Part shown: positions 24,868 through 35,899 of the stretch, in pieces
Layout: every line of letters begins with the position of its first letter
How positions within the stretch are numbered: position 1 is the stretch's first letter
Origin: Selaginella moellendorffii
Taxonomy: Eukaryota; Plantae; Lycopodiophyta
Assembly: GCF_000143415.4 (NCBI RefSeq)
Contig: NW_003314268.1
Location: forward strand, 1,069,247 to 1,133,246
Length of the DNA stretch: 64,000 bases
Direction of reading: 5' to 3'
Made by a program: the position numbers and the translations under genes
The notes under the pieces: generated by a model
Databases searched by the model: none
Told to the model about the DNA's origin: nothing
The model's input: only the letters and a program-made list of their open reading frames with translations

Positions 24868-25120
24868 AAATTCAAACTTCAGATCTTGTACTAGTGTCAT
24901 TATACGGTCTAGAGAATAAATTCAAACTTCAGATCTTGTACTAATGTCATTATGCCGTCTACATTCTCTAGAGGAAAACTCGCCACCTTCTTCCTCAAGT
25001 CGAAATAACTGTAGAATTATCGGCTTCCTTTTTCACAAGACGAGTCAAAATGACTGTAGAATTATCGGCGACGAGTCGAAATAACTGTAGAATTATCAAT
25101 TTTCTTTTTCACAAGACAAG
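24868..25120. repeat. Short tandem duplications 3' of the AKR gene
   Basis: aaattcaaacttcagatcttgtacta.tgtcattat twice, and agtc.aaat.actgtagaattatc three times. Confidence 0.75.
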
Positions 25121-25247
25121 GCCTATGCAATGTTGTGTATAACCTTTTCAAGCAAACACCCAAATCCAAGGTTGGGGAATATATTTCTGTTTGAGCAAAG
25201 CAACAGACACACCAAATTTACAATGTTTTTATGTTTCTCGTTTCCAC

Positions 25248-26422
25248 CTATATGTTTTCTGCCTGCTCTACTTCGTCTTCTTTCACAGCTTGGAGTGGGG
25301 CGTTCTCTGAGAGGTAAGAGAAAGTGCTGTTGATAAGACGAACCTGTGGTTCCATGGCATTGATGGCCTTCCAATCATCGTCAGCCAAACACCAATCCAG
25401 GATGTCGATGTTGAGCTTGATCCTTTCGGGTGTCAAGCTCCGAGGAAGAACACTCGTCCCTCTTTGCAATCCCCATCGCAGTATCACCTGCAAGTGCACC
25501 AATACTTGAGAAAACTAGTGACGAAACAAGACACAAACTCGTACCTGTGCTGGAGTTTTCCCGAGTTCTTCAGCGATGGCTGCAACTACAGAAGCTTTGA
25601 GCATTGGACTGTTCACGGATTTGGTTCTTAAGAACGTCTTTCCTTCGGCGTTGGAGCTCTCACCGTTACTCGGGAGTTGCAAACTTCCAATGTTGGTGCC
25701 CGGAATCCCGAGCGGTGTGTGGGCCGAGACATGGATTCCTTTCCTCTTGCAGAACTCCACCAGATCGTCTTGCCTCCAAAAAGGATGTAACTCCACCTAA
25801 AAAATCCAATGAAGTGACAAAAGCTTTAGAGAAGCCTTGAAGAAGAAAACAAACGACCCATCCATACCTGGTTTACTGCTGGAACTATGAGACAAGAGCC
25901 CAAAAGCTCTTGAAGCTGTGAGATCCCAAAGTTGCTCACACCTATAGCTCGAACTTTGTTCGTGGCAAGCAAAGCTTCCATGGCTTGCCACGAATCTTTG
26001 ATCTGTCTAACCTCTTCCCGGTGCTCCAAGGCAGCAGCTGGAGGTGGATCGGTAGCGTCTCCCATCGGGGCTGGAGTCGGCCAATGGAGCAAGTAGAGAT
26101 CCAGATAATCTAGCCCCAAGTTCCTAAGCGACGCATCCACGCACGTCTCAACATGCCGTGGGGTCTTGGCAGTGAACCACAGCTTGGAGGTCAGGAAGAG
26201 ATCCTCGCGCTTGATCCCTCCTCCATCTCCAAGGATCTCCCTCAAGGCAAGGCCTACCTGGATCTCATTACCATACAAATGCGAGCAATCTATGTGCCTG
26301 TATCCAGCCTCCAGCGCCGCAAACCTCACTGCTCTTGTGCACGCCTCGCCATCGGCCTCCCAGGTTCCAAGCCCAACCGCGGGAATCCTTGCACCGGTGT
26401 TGAGCGGGAAGAAATCCGTCAT
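25248..26422 (-). CDS. Aldo-keto reductase (AKR4-like), 3 exons
   Basis: IPAVGLGTW, GYRHIDCSHLYGNE, EDLFLTSKLW, LDYLDLYLLHWP, IGVSNF, PAVNQVELHP, QVILRWGLQRG.SVLP. Catalytic D/Y/K/H present. Confidence 0.95.
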
Positions 26423-26523
26423 GATCCTCGTCTACTCACTCAAGAACCCTAAAAATCGGGCAATTTGGGGGCAAATTCAAATTAGGGTTTTCGCGCCAAA
26501 TTTCAAAATAATAGGGTTTTTGG

Positions 26524-27764
26524 CTAGCAGCGCCTTAGGAGCTGTATTTCTATTGTGAGCCCCGGGCCAAAGGAGAGCAACACGCCCCATTCGCCGCTAC
26601 GCGAGCTCTGGCGTACGATTTCCTCGAGCACGAACAAGACTGTGGGACTGGACATATTGCCGTACGATGCCAGTGTCTCCCTTGTCGCGCGGAGCTTGTC
26701 ACTGCGTAGCCCTAGCTTCGTTTCGATTTGATCCAGTACCGCTCGCCCTCCCGGATGGATCGCCAGAAGAGATCATTCGGAGCCAAATCCCTCGTCTTGG
26801 AGGATGCCGCGAGCGCGGTGGGCAGCAATTCGCGGACGCTACTGGAGATTAGGTCTGGGACGTGCTTGGAGAGAAAGTAGATCAATCCCTGCTCGCTTAG
26901 GGTAGCGGTGAGATCGTCCTCACTGTCTGGGACGAAGAACTGGCCGGCCCAATGGAGCTCGAGGAGCTGCCCGGGGCTGGAATCGAGCCTGGGATCCCGA
27001 CAGCCCACCACGAGTGACGCGGCGCCGTCACCCACGATGGCGGAGCCAACAAGCCTGTCGGGATGCTTCTCGTTGGGCGGCCGGAATGTGAAGGCCCCAA
27101 CTTCGCTGCACACGATGAGAACACGTGTCGAGATTCCGCCGCTCTCCGCCATCTCCTTGGCGATTCTGAGAGCGGTTCCGCCGGCGTAACAGCCTACCTG
27201 ATTGAGCATCAATCGACGGACGTCGTGGCGGAGGCCCAGAATCTTGGCGATGGCCAGGTCAGGGCCGGGCATGCGGATGCCGTTGGATGTGGCCACGATC
27301 AGGTGGGTGATTTCCGCCGCGGAATGTCCACCTTCCTGGAGAGCTTTCTTGGCGGCCCGGGCGCCTAATGCGGCCACTTCGGCATTGGAGATGGATTGCC
27401 TGGCCAGAAGAGAGGATGTCTCGCTGCTATCTTTGCAAAGCTCTGGATTTCCCGCGAGGATCGATTCGGTGAGATGGAGGTGGCGCTTCTGGATTCCCGA
27501 CTTGTCACCTATGAATTCGAAGAACAACACAAATGTTGGATGGGATGGATACCACATTTCTCAATTGGCGCAGGAAAACTACTCACAGATCCTCTTGAAT
27601 TTCTCCTTGAGCTCCACCAGATTCTCTGACTCTGTGATCCGGAAGAAGAAATCCGGGTAATCGCTCTGCAGCACGAATTCCTCCGGAGTAGCGGTGCCAA
27701 TTGCGAGAATCGTCGCGACACAATGGTTGAGATCTTCGTTCTCGTCCTCCTCATCGCAAGGCAT
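26524..27764 (-). pseudogene. Type III polyketide synthase (CHS superfamily) with a single 1-bp frameshift
   Basis: Conserved intron 27509-27586. GCYAGG (Cys). FW/AIHPGG is broken by one missing base near 26762. The shifted frame continues with YGNMSS and FGPGLTIE to TAG at 26524. Confidence 0.9.
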
Positions 27765-28194
27765 GATCGATCAATCCAAAGAGAAATTGAAGAGAGGAGA
27801 TATAAAGTCTAACAGCATAAGTATATTTATGTGCTAGCCTCCAGGCCACGATGGGCACTTCTGAGATTCGACCCCACGACTGATTAGACACCACGGTTTC
27901 TTATTTGTCCACGTGGTGTTTTCTGATTAAAGAATGAAAATTTGCGTGGCAAACTCTGATTGAGAGGATTCCGTGGGATTCTGTGGCTGTAAGGGTGGCC
28001 TTATTTGGGATCTTCTCTAGCGCCATAGCTTGGGGGATCTCGCGGTCGGGGACGGACTTGCTGCGTCATCGCATTGTCGCCGCGATCAACCCAGGTATCT
28101 TTGATCTGCTCGGATGAGATAGAATCGATCGGGATTCAGCTGTTAGAGCGATGCCGCGGTGACAAGAATCCCTCGTCTTTCTCGGAAATCCAGA

Positions 28195-31100
28195 ATGCAG
28201 TGTTACGGTTTCCTCCAGACGAGCTGCGTTTCGTGCCGCATTTTCAGTGATCAGACGCTTGTGGCGTTGAGATCGATCAATCCGCGGCAATGCGCTTGCC
28301 GGATCCAGTCCTCGCGGATTATGCTATCTCGCACGCGCGATGATTTATTTTTGTCCAAGATGTTTGGAGCCAGCCCCAATTCCAGGAGGCTTAAAGATTC
28401 CGGAAGAAAGAGAGCTACCATTTTTGTTCCACAGGCTGCTTCAGAGGTACTTAAACCTTTGCTCCTGGTCAGTTCCAACGATGGATTTCTTTCTTCCCTT
28501 TTCCTGTTTGTGTTCTTTCTTTTAGATCTCTCAAGATTTCAATCTTGATGGTGGTGGCATTTTAAAGGTAAGCACGCAAGGTTCTCTCTCCTTCTCTCTC
28601 ATTCTTTTCAGCTCATTCCAGATTAAAACGGGTGTGCCAAAGGATGGCGGCCCAGCTTATGTCGAGTTTCAAGTTCACAACACCCATACCACATCTCTCT
28701 TTCTTCACTGGGGCGCGCTTAAAGCAAATGATGCGTGAGTTCTGCCGTGTTTCGTTTTGCCTCGTTATATTTCTCACATGTTTGCTGTGGGGTTCACGTG
28801 TAGAAAGTGGAGGCTTCCGTCGCATCGACCACCTGGAACACGGGATTTCAATAATACTGCGTTGCAGTCGCCTTTTGTTACGGTGAGCCTAAACTTTGTG
28901 GCTGAGTCTGTTGTTAAAGGAATGTTTTTGATCACCACTCGCAGTCTGGTGATGTCAACACATTAAAGGTTGAAGTACCCGACAAAGAATTGAAGACGAT
29001 CGAGTTTTTGTTGCGGGATGATGCCACTGACAGATGGTGAATCTCAGCAGACTTTAACTTTTTCTAAGGAAATCTACGTTCTGATTTGTGCAGGTTCAAG
29101 CTCAATGGCAAGAATTTCCGACTGGACATTCCTCACTCACAGGTATATATACCAGAAGACCTCATTGCCCTTCAAGCATTTATTAATTGGGAAAAAAAAG
29201 GGAAAAAAAACTACACACCTGAACAAGAGAAGGTAGATGAATGCCTCGTGCTTGTTTGGAAAATCAGCCGTAAAACATGCTCTGTTGATGTCAGTCAGAA
29301 TACGAGGATGCGCGCAAGAAACTTCAGGAAGAGGTTGCTAATGGTGCAACTATCGAGAGTGTTCGAGCAAAGCTGAAGGGAAGCAACTCGGCTCCACCAA
29401 AACCGGCTTCAAGGGGATCCGGGGGCAGGATTTCAAGGAAGCAAAGGGATTTTGGAAAGCTTATTAACAAGTATACAGGTAAAACTGAAGAGAGTACACC
29501 TGTATCTGCAACACCTCGAGAAACTAGTAAATTGGAGTCGGCATTGTCACAAATGGCGGAAGAAGCGGGTGATGCTGTTCTTTTCAAAAAAGTATTTAAG
29601 CTGGGCAACAAAGAGCTTATGGTAAGGTCGTCAAGTTTTCCTTACCTTGTTATTGATGAGAAAATTGTGGTGCATGTAGAATAGACTATTGCGACCAAGG
29701 TTGATGGAAATGTTCGTGTGACTATTGCGACTGACTTTGAGGAGCCTGTGGCTATTCACTGGTCATTATCGCAAGATAATCCAAGAGAGTGGAAGGTAAA
29801 ACTTTTGCCAGATTTCAAGTTACCTTCTGGGTAAATGCAGAGGCCGCCAGCAGAGTTACATCCTCCTGGATCTGAAGACATGAAAGAAGCAGTAGATTCG
29901 CCTTGCGAAGGAGAATTTGGCGGTGACACGTCTTTGCAGGTAATGCAGCATTTGTTTTGTTCCTTAATAAGTTTGCTCAATCGTCAATTTTTGCTCACGC
30001 TTGTGTTATAGTCCTTGGAAATCGATCTTGGGAAAGGAAAATTCCTTGGAATGCCGTTCGTTGTAAGAGCGGGAAGCAACTGGATTAAACTTAATGATTC
30101 GGACTTCTATATCCCTCTTCAACCATCCGAGAAGAAGGAAGCAAAGGTAGCTTTGTACATCGTAATTTTAATCCTGAAAGCTAGTGTTCTTTCTCTCTTC
30201 CAGGGAAAGCTAGATGGTTCAGGAACTGCGAAGTGGTTGCTAGATGAGATGGCCAGCTTGGAAAGTGAGGCGGAACGTTCGCTGATGCACAGGTTCTATC
30301 CTCCGCTTTCGAAGTTTTTGCTGTTCATAATTTTTATAGTTTCCTATAGGTACAATATAATGGCAGATTTGTTGCAGCGCTCAAAAGATGGCGGAGAACT
30401 TGTACTTGCGGGATTTCTTGTTTGGCTGCGTTACATGGCCATGCGCCAACTGACTTGGAATAAAAACTACAATGTGAAGCCTCGGTTAGTACACAATTTC
30501 CAAATAACAATATGCTTATGCACTATATAATTGGCTGCAGTGAAATCAGCGCTGCTCAAGACCGACTAACAGACTTACTTCAGGCAATCTACGTGGAGCA
30601 GCCCCATAATCGGGAGCTTGTCCGACTAACTTTAAGCACCGTGGGAAGAGGTGCACAAGGGGACGTTGGCCAACGGATTCGGGATGAAATATTAGTTATA
30701 CAGGTAGAGTTGATATTGTCTTTGTTTGCGTGCTGAAATAGTCTAAAATGCAGCGGAATAACGATTGCAAAGGCGGTATGATGGAAGAATGGCATCAAAA
30801 GTTGCACAATAATACTAGTCCTGACGATGTTGTTATTTGCCAGGTAAGTGCCTTATCAGAAAAATTTTATATGTTTGAACAACGAATTTTTTCTGTAGGC
30901 TCTCTTGGACTACATCTCAAGTGATTTTAATATTGATGTGTACTGGAAAACCTTGAACGACAACGGAGTCACAAAAGAACGGCTGGCAAGCTACGACCGA
31001 CCGATTGTCTCAGAACCAAGGCTAAGACCAGACCAAAAGGATGGTTTACTTCGAGACTTGAAAGCGTATATGAGGAGTTTGAAGGTGCGTTGCAGGCTGC

Positions 31101-34100
31101 ATTTGAGTAGCTACCTGATTCCGTTTTTACTGTGTAGGCGGTTCACTCAGGTGCAGATCTAGAGTCCGCCATCTCAACATGCATGGGTTACTCTTCAGAG
31201 GTAATAGCTCTGTGTGCTCTCATTTTGATTGGCTTATTTCTTGAAACAGGGACACGACTTCATGAAAACAATTGATGTGCATCCCATTAGTGGTCTGTCC
31301 CCAGCGTTGCCGGTAATAATCATGAGTTTTCTTCGTTTCTGGTTGATTCACTCACGTAGATTCACTCCAGGAACTGTTAAGGTTTGTCATGCAACGTGTT
31401 GAAGACAGGGACGTGCTTCCACTTCTTGAGGTTCGTCTTTCCTGTAAAGAGCGGTGTTAGGATCATGTTCCTGTGCAGGGTTTATTGGAATCCCGAAGGG
31501 AGTTACTCCCAACTCTTCAGAAACCTCATAACAGGTTAAAAGATATCATTTTTTTGGACCTTGGTTTGGACTCCACGGTGCGGACTGCAGTAGAAAGAGG
31601 CTTGGAAGGATTGAGTAAAGCGAGCCCCTCTGTAAGCCAGCTCTAAAATGCACTCATTTATTTTCCCTCGCTAAACATCTTTCAAACATTTTCAGGATAT
31701 GATGCTCATAATTTGTCTTGTTCTGGAAAACTTGTGTCTGTCAAGCGATAACAATGAAGAGCTCGTTTACTGTTTAAAGGTAGAGGCTTTACTTTATGAA
31801 AAAATGTCCTCTAACAGCTTCCCTTTGCAGGATTGGTACAATATCATCAAGCTTTGCAACTCTAAAGCCGAAAACTGGGCGTTACAAGCGAAATCAGTTC
31901 TTGATCGCACTCGTCTTGTTCTTGGTGATAAAGTAGAGCATTATCAAAAGGTTTTGCAGCCGACAGCTGAGTATCTTGGTATTTCATTTGGCGTCGAACA
32001 ATGGGCGGTATGTACTTACTTTTATGCTAACTCCTGATCAAAATGTTGGAATGTTGTTTCTGTGTCAGATGGAAATTTTTACAGAGGAGATGATACGAGC
32101 GGGCTCAGCCGCGTCTCTCTCTCTTCTTCTCAATCGATTAGATCCGGTTTTGCGTAGTACAGCGCATTTAGGAAGGTGTGTTTTTGTTTCTTTCTATGCA
32201 TGTTTGTCTTACAAATTTTTTTCCATACAGTTGGCAAGTTATTAGTCCAGTAAATGTTCAAGGTTTTGTCTCGGTAGTACATGAGCTCGGTGACGTGCAA
32301 GATAAAGTTTATGATAAGCCGACAATACTGATATCCGGAAGAGTCAAAGGGGAGGAAGAGATTCCTGATGGCGCAGTTGCAGTTTTAACTCCTGATATGC
32401 CTGACGTGCTCTCTCATGTATCTGTGCGTGCACGAAACAGCAAGGTAAATGCCAGAGTTTCAGGATGCTTCAAAAGTCACTCTGATTTTTCGCCTATGAT
32501 AGGTCTTATTCGCGACATGTTTCGATCCTAACATTTTAACGGACCTGCGTTCGTTGGAAGGCAAAGCTTTAAAGCTGCAGCTCACTGCGTCTTCTGAGAT
32601 CGTGTACAGGTAGTACGAATGACAAGGCTCTTTTTCTTACGTTGGTTTTGCCATAGTAAGGTGAGCGACACGGAGTTGTCAGGCGACGTTGCTGCAGCAG
32701 TGGAAGAGGAACCCCCGCACATTGTGTTGAAAACCAAGAAATTCATGGGAAAGTACGCGGTCACGGCCGATGAATTCACGCCTGAGCTGGTAAAGTAGGA
32801 TCCATTTCTGTGTTTGTTGTTGACAGCATGTAGAAACAGGTCGGCGCTAAATCTTTGAACACTGCAAACCTGCGAGGGAAACTTCCTTCGTGGATAAAAC
32901 TTCCAACTTCTGTTGCGTTGCCATTTGGAGTTTTCGAGGAAGTGCTTTCAAACAGTATCAACAAGGTACTGGTCCGCTCTAATATTTTTCAGGTTGACGC
33001 TTTCTTTTTCCTCGTTGCAGGAGGTTTCCGCAGAAGTTGAGCGGCTTAAAAAGCCGCTGCTCGGCGGTGATTTGAGCAAACTCAAAGAAATTCGCGACAC
33101 TATTTTGAAGCTCAAGGCTCCACCGGAACTGGTAAATTCGGCTGCCACGACACTTACACTAAAGTTCTTGACTCTTTTGTTTCGAACAGGTTGAGGAGCT
33201 GAAAACTACAATGATCAATTTCAACATGCCATGGCCGGGTAACGAAGGCGAGCATAGATGGGAGCAGGCGTGGATGGCCATCAGACGAGTATGTCCCCTC
33301 TCTTTTTTTGCTCTTTTCCTAAAGCTATGGTCAAACAGGTGTGGGCGTCGAAATGGAACGAAAGGGCCTTTATCAGCACTCGCAAGGCAAAGATAGATCA
33401 CGAACATCTTCGCATGGCAGTGTTAGTTCAGCAAATTATCTGCGCGGACTATGCGTTTGTCATCCACACTACGAATCCTTCCAATGGGAATGCCTCGGAA
33501 ATCTACGCAGAGGTGAAGAAACCTGGCTTGTTTCTCATGTTTTTTAGAAAAAAAACTTGTTTCCAGGTCGTCAAGGGATTGGGAGAGACATTGGTTGGCG
33601 CATACCAAGGCCGTGCGTTGAGTTTTGTCACGCAGAAATCAGACTTGAAAAATCCAAAGGTAAATATAAAGTTTCTCGTCTTTGCTCTCGGTAAAGCTTG
33701 CATTGCATTCTCTGTTGGAGCAGATCTTAGGATTTCCCAGCAAGCGACATGGCTTGTTCATCAAACCTTCGGTGATTTTTCGCTCCGATTCAAATGGAGA
33801 GGATTTGGAAGGCTATGCCGGAGCTGGTTTATACGACAGGTAACTCCGCATTTCCTTTTCCATTGAAGAGCAAAGCTAAAGCTATGATCAAACAACAGCG
33901 TTCCAATGGATCGAGAGGAAGAGCGAGTGGTGGACTACTCCACGGACAAGTTACTCCTGGATGCGAATTTCCAGAAGACGATTCTATCCAACATCGCTCG
34001 CGCCGGAGCCGAGATCGAGAGAGTCTATGGAACTCCTCAAGATATAGAAGGGTGTATCAAAGATGGAGAGCTCTACGTTGTCCAAACGAGACCTCAAATG

Positions 34101-34103
34101 TAA
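28195..34103 (+). CDS. GWD1: Alpha-glucan water dikinase (GWD/R1/SEX1), about 30 exons
   Basis: WNKNYNVKPREISAAQDRLT, GQRIRDEIL, WHQKLHNNTSPDDV, phospho-His PDVLSHVSVRARN, VWASKWNERA, VVQTRPQM*. The start codon position is uncertain. Confidence 0.95.
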
Positions 34104-34263
34104 GAGTAGAAAGTGAAAGTAAAGAGTTTACTACGGTGTGGTAAAACGTGAGACCGCCAAGTAACTAAAAGGACGGTACGGTATCGTGAAAGCCAGGCGC
34201 GTGAGAGAGAAGAGAGCTAGGCTAGAATTTGCGGGAGAGAGCGAGAGCGCGAGAGCGAAAGCG

Positions 34264-35200
34264 ATGGCGCAAGCAATGGAGCTGCCGGCGATGCCAACGG
34301 AGGCGAAGCTCTTCGGCAAGTGGAGCTATGGCGATCTTGCGGAGGTTTTGTGGAATTTCTTGCTTCTTGCTGCCGCCGGTCGATCGATCGATCGATCGAT
34401 CGATCTGATGATCTGCATTGTTTCTTGCTGGATCGCAGATCGAAGACATGAGCCTCGAGGACTACATCGCCGTGAATGGCCACAAAGTGGGAAGCTTTGT
34501 CCCTTGCACCGCCGGGCGCTACTCGAGGAAGCGATTCAAGAAGGGGCGGTGCCCGATCGTGGAGAGGTGCGTGCCCGAAATCTCCCTCGATCTTGATCTT
34601 GGCAAGATTTCTCTCGATCGATCAAGTCAAGCGATGTTCTTGATCTCTCTGTGTCTGATCGCCAGGCTCGTCAACGTGCTCATGTTCCACGGCCGCAACA
34701 GCGGCAAGAAGGTCATGGCGGTGAGGATCGTCAAGTACGCGATGGAGATTATCCATCTCCTCACGGATGAGAACCCGATCAAAGTGGTCCTGGACGCCAT
34801 CCAGCACTGGTATGGAACGCGCATTTCTTGGATAGAAGTTCTTTTCGGTGTGCCTGATCGATCTTTCCAGCGCTCCTCGCGAGGAGTCGGTGAGCCTGGT
34901 GACGAGAGGCGTCGCCAGGCGCAGCTCCGTGGACACCTCGCCGCTGAGGAGGGTGAATCAAGCCCTGGCCTTCATCGCCACCGGCACGAGGGAGAGCGCA
35001 TTCAAGACCGCCAAGCCCATCGCCGAGTGTCTGGCGGACGAGCTCATCAACGCCGCCAAAGGATCGTCCAACAGGTGAAAGAGATGAGAGATTCAAAGCC
35101 TCCTCCTCTTCTTCTTGTTCGACTGGGGGCGATCTTTGCTTGCAGCTATGCGGTGAGGAGGAAGGATGAGATCGAGCGCGTCGCCAAAACCATGCGATGA
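34264..35200 (+). CDS. RPS5: 40S ribosomal protein S5 (uS7), divergent paralogue, 5 exons
   Basis: [68 protein letters not shown]. All introns are GT-AG and in frame. Confidence 0.92.
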
Positions 35201-35899
35201 GTGGAAAGCTCGATTCAAGGTCTTTGATTTCGTTCTTCGCTTGACTAATGATATTTTGGATACCCTATTTTCTATTTTCCCGTTGTGGCGAGAGAGCCAA
35301 AAAGATTTCTAAGTATGAAAACTGTGTTCTTTGGGTGCTCTTGGAGGCGAGCTTGCCGCGACCGCGCCTTCAAAGAGATAAAGTAAGGGCCTCCCAAGGT
35401 CGTGCTTGAGCCTCGATGGTGCTGGAGCAAAGCCCTGGCTGCGTTCTTGGATAAAATGTGGGAGTGTGAGGATGATTACATGGTTTTCATTCAGCGGCGT
35501 GGAAGCTTTGGCTGGCGGATGGGAAGTGATAGAGCAAACCCTGGCTATGGCGAACTAGGTCGCTGTTTGAGGGAAATTGGAAGCGGTGCGGCAGTGGCGG
35601 TGGTGGCGGCGGTGGGCGGGGTGGCAAGGAAAAGATCTCCATCCCTGAGCGACCAGGAGATGATCCGGCTGCACGGCGAGGTGATCCGGGCGGAGGGCGT
35701 GCTGAGATTCTAGTGGACCTGGAGCAGGCGGTGTCGCCAGAGCCACTGAGGACGAAAATGCGCGAGGGATCATCAAGATCTCACGGAGACTTAGAATTCT
35801 TTTACTGTCTCGCCACATGTTTTCTAAAGCTTAACGAGTCTTTATACAAGTTTTCTAAAGCTTGGAAGTCTGTCTAGATTGTGGCATGATTATGGTTTG

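Noticed and set aside
5192-27764. One large biosynthetic cluster (PhzF, PEP mutase, rhodanese, AKR, PKS)
   Set aside because: The genes are interspersed with unrelated genes and repeats and most are broadly conserved. Only the PKS-AKR pair is kept as a lead.
35402-35818. GC-rich ORF fragments after RPS5
   Set aside because: No recognisable domain; broken frames.
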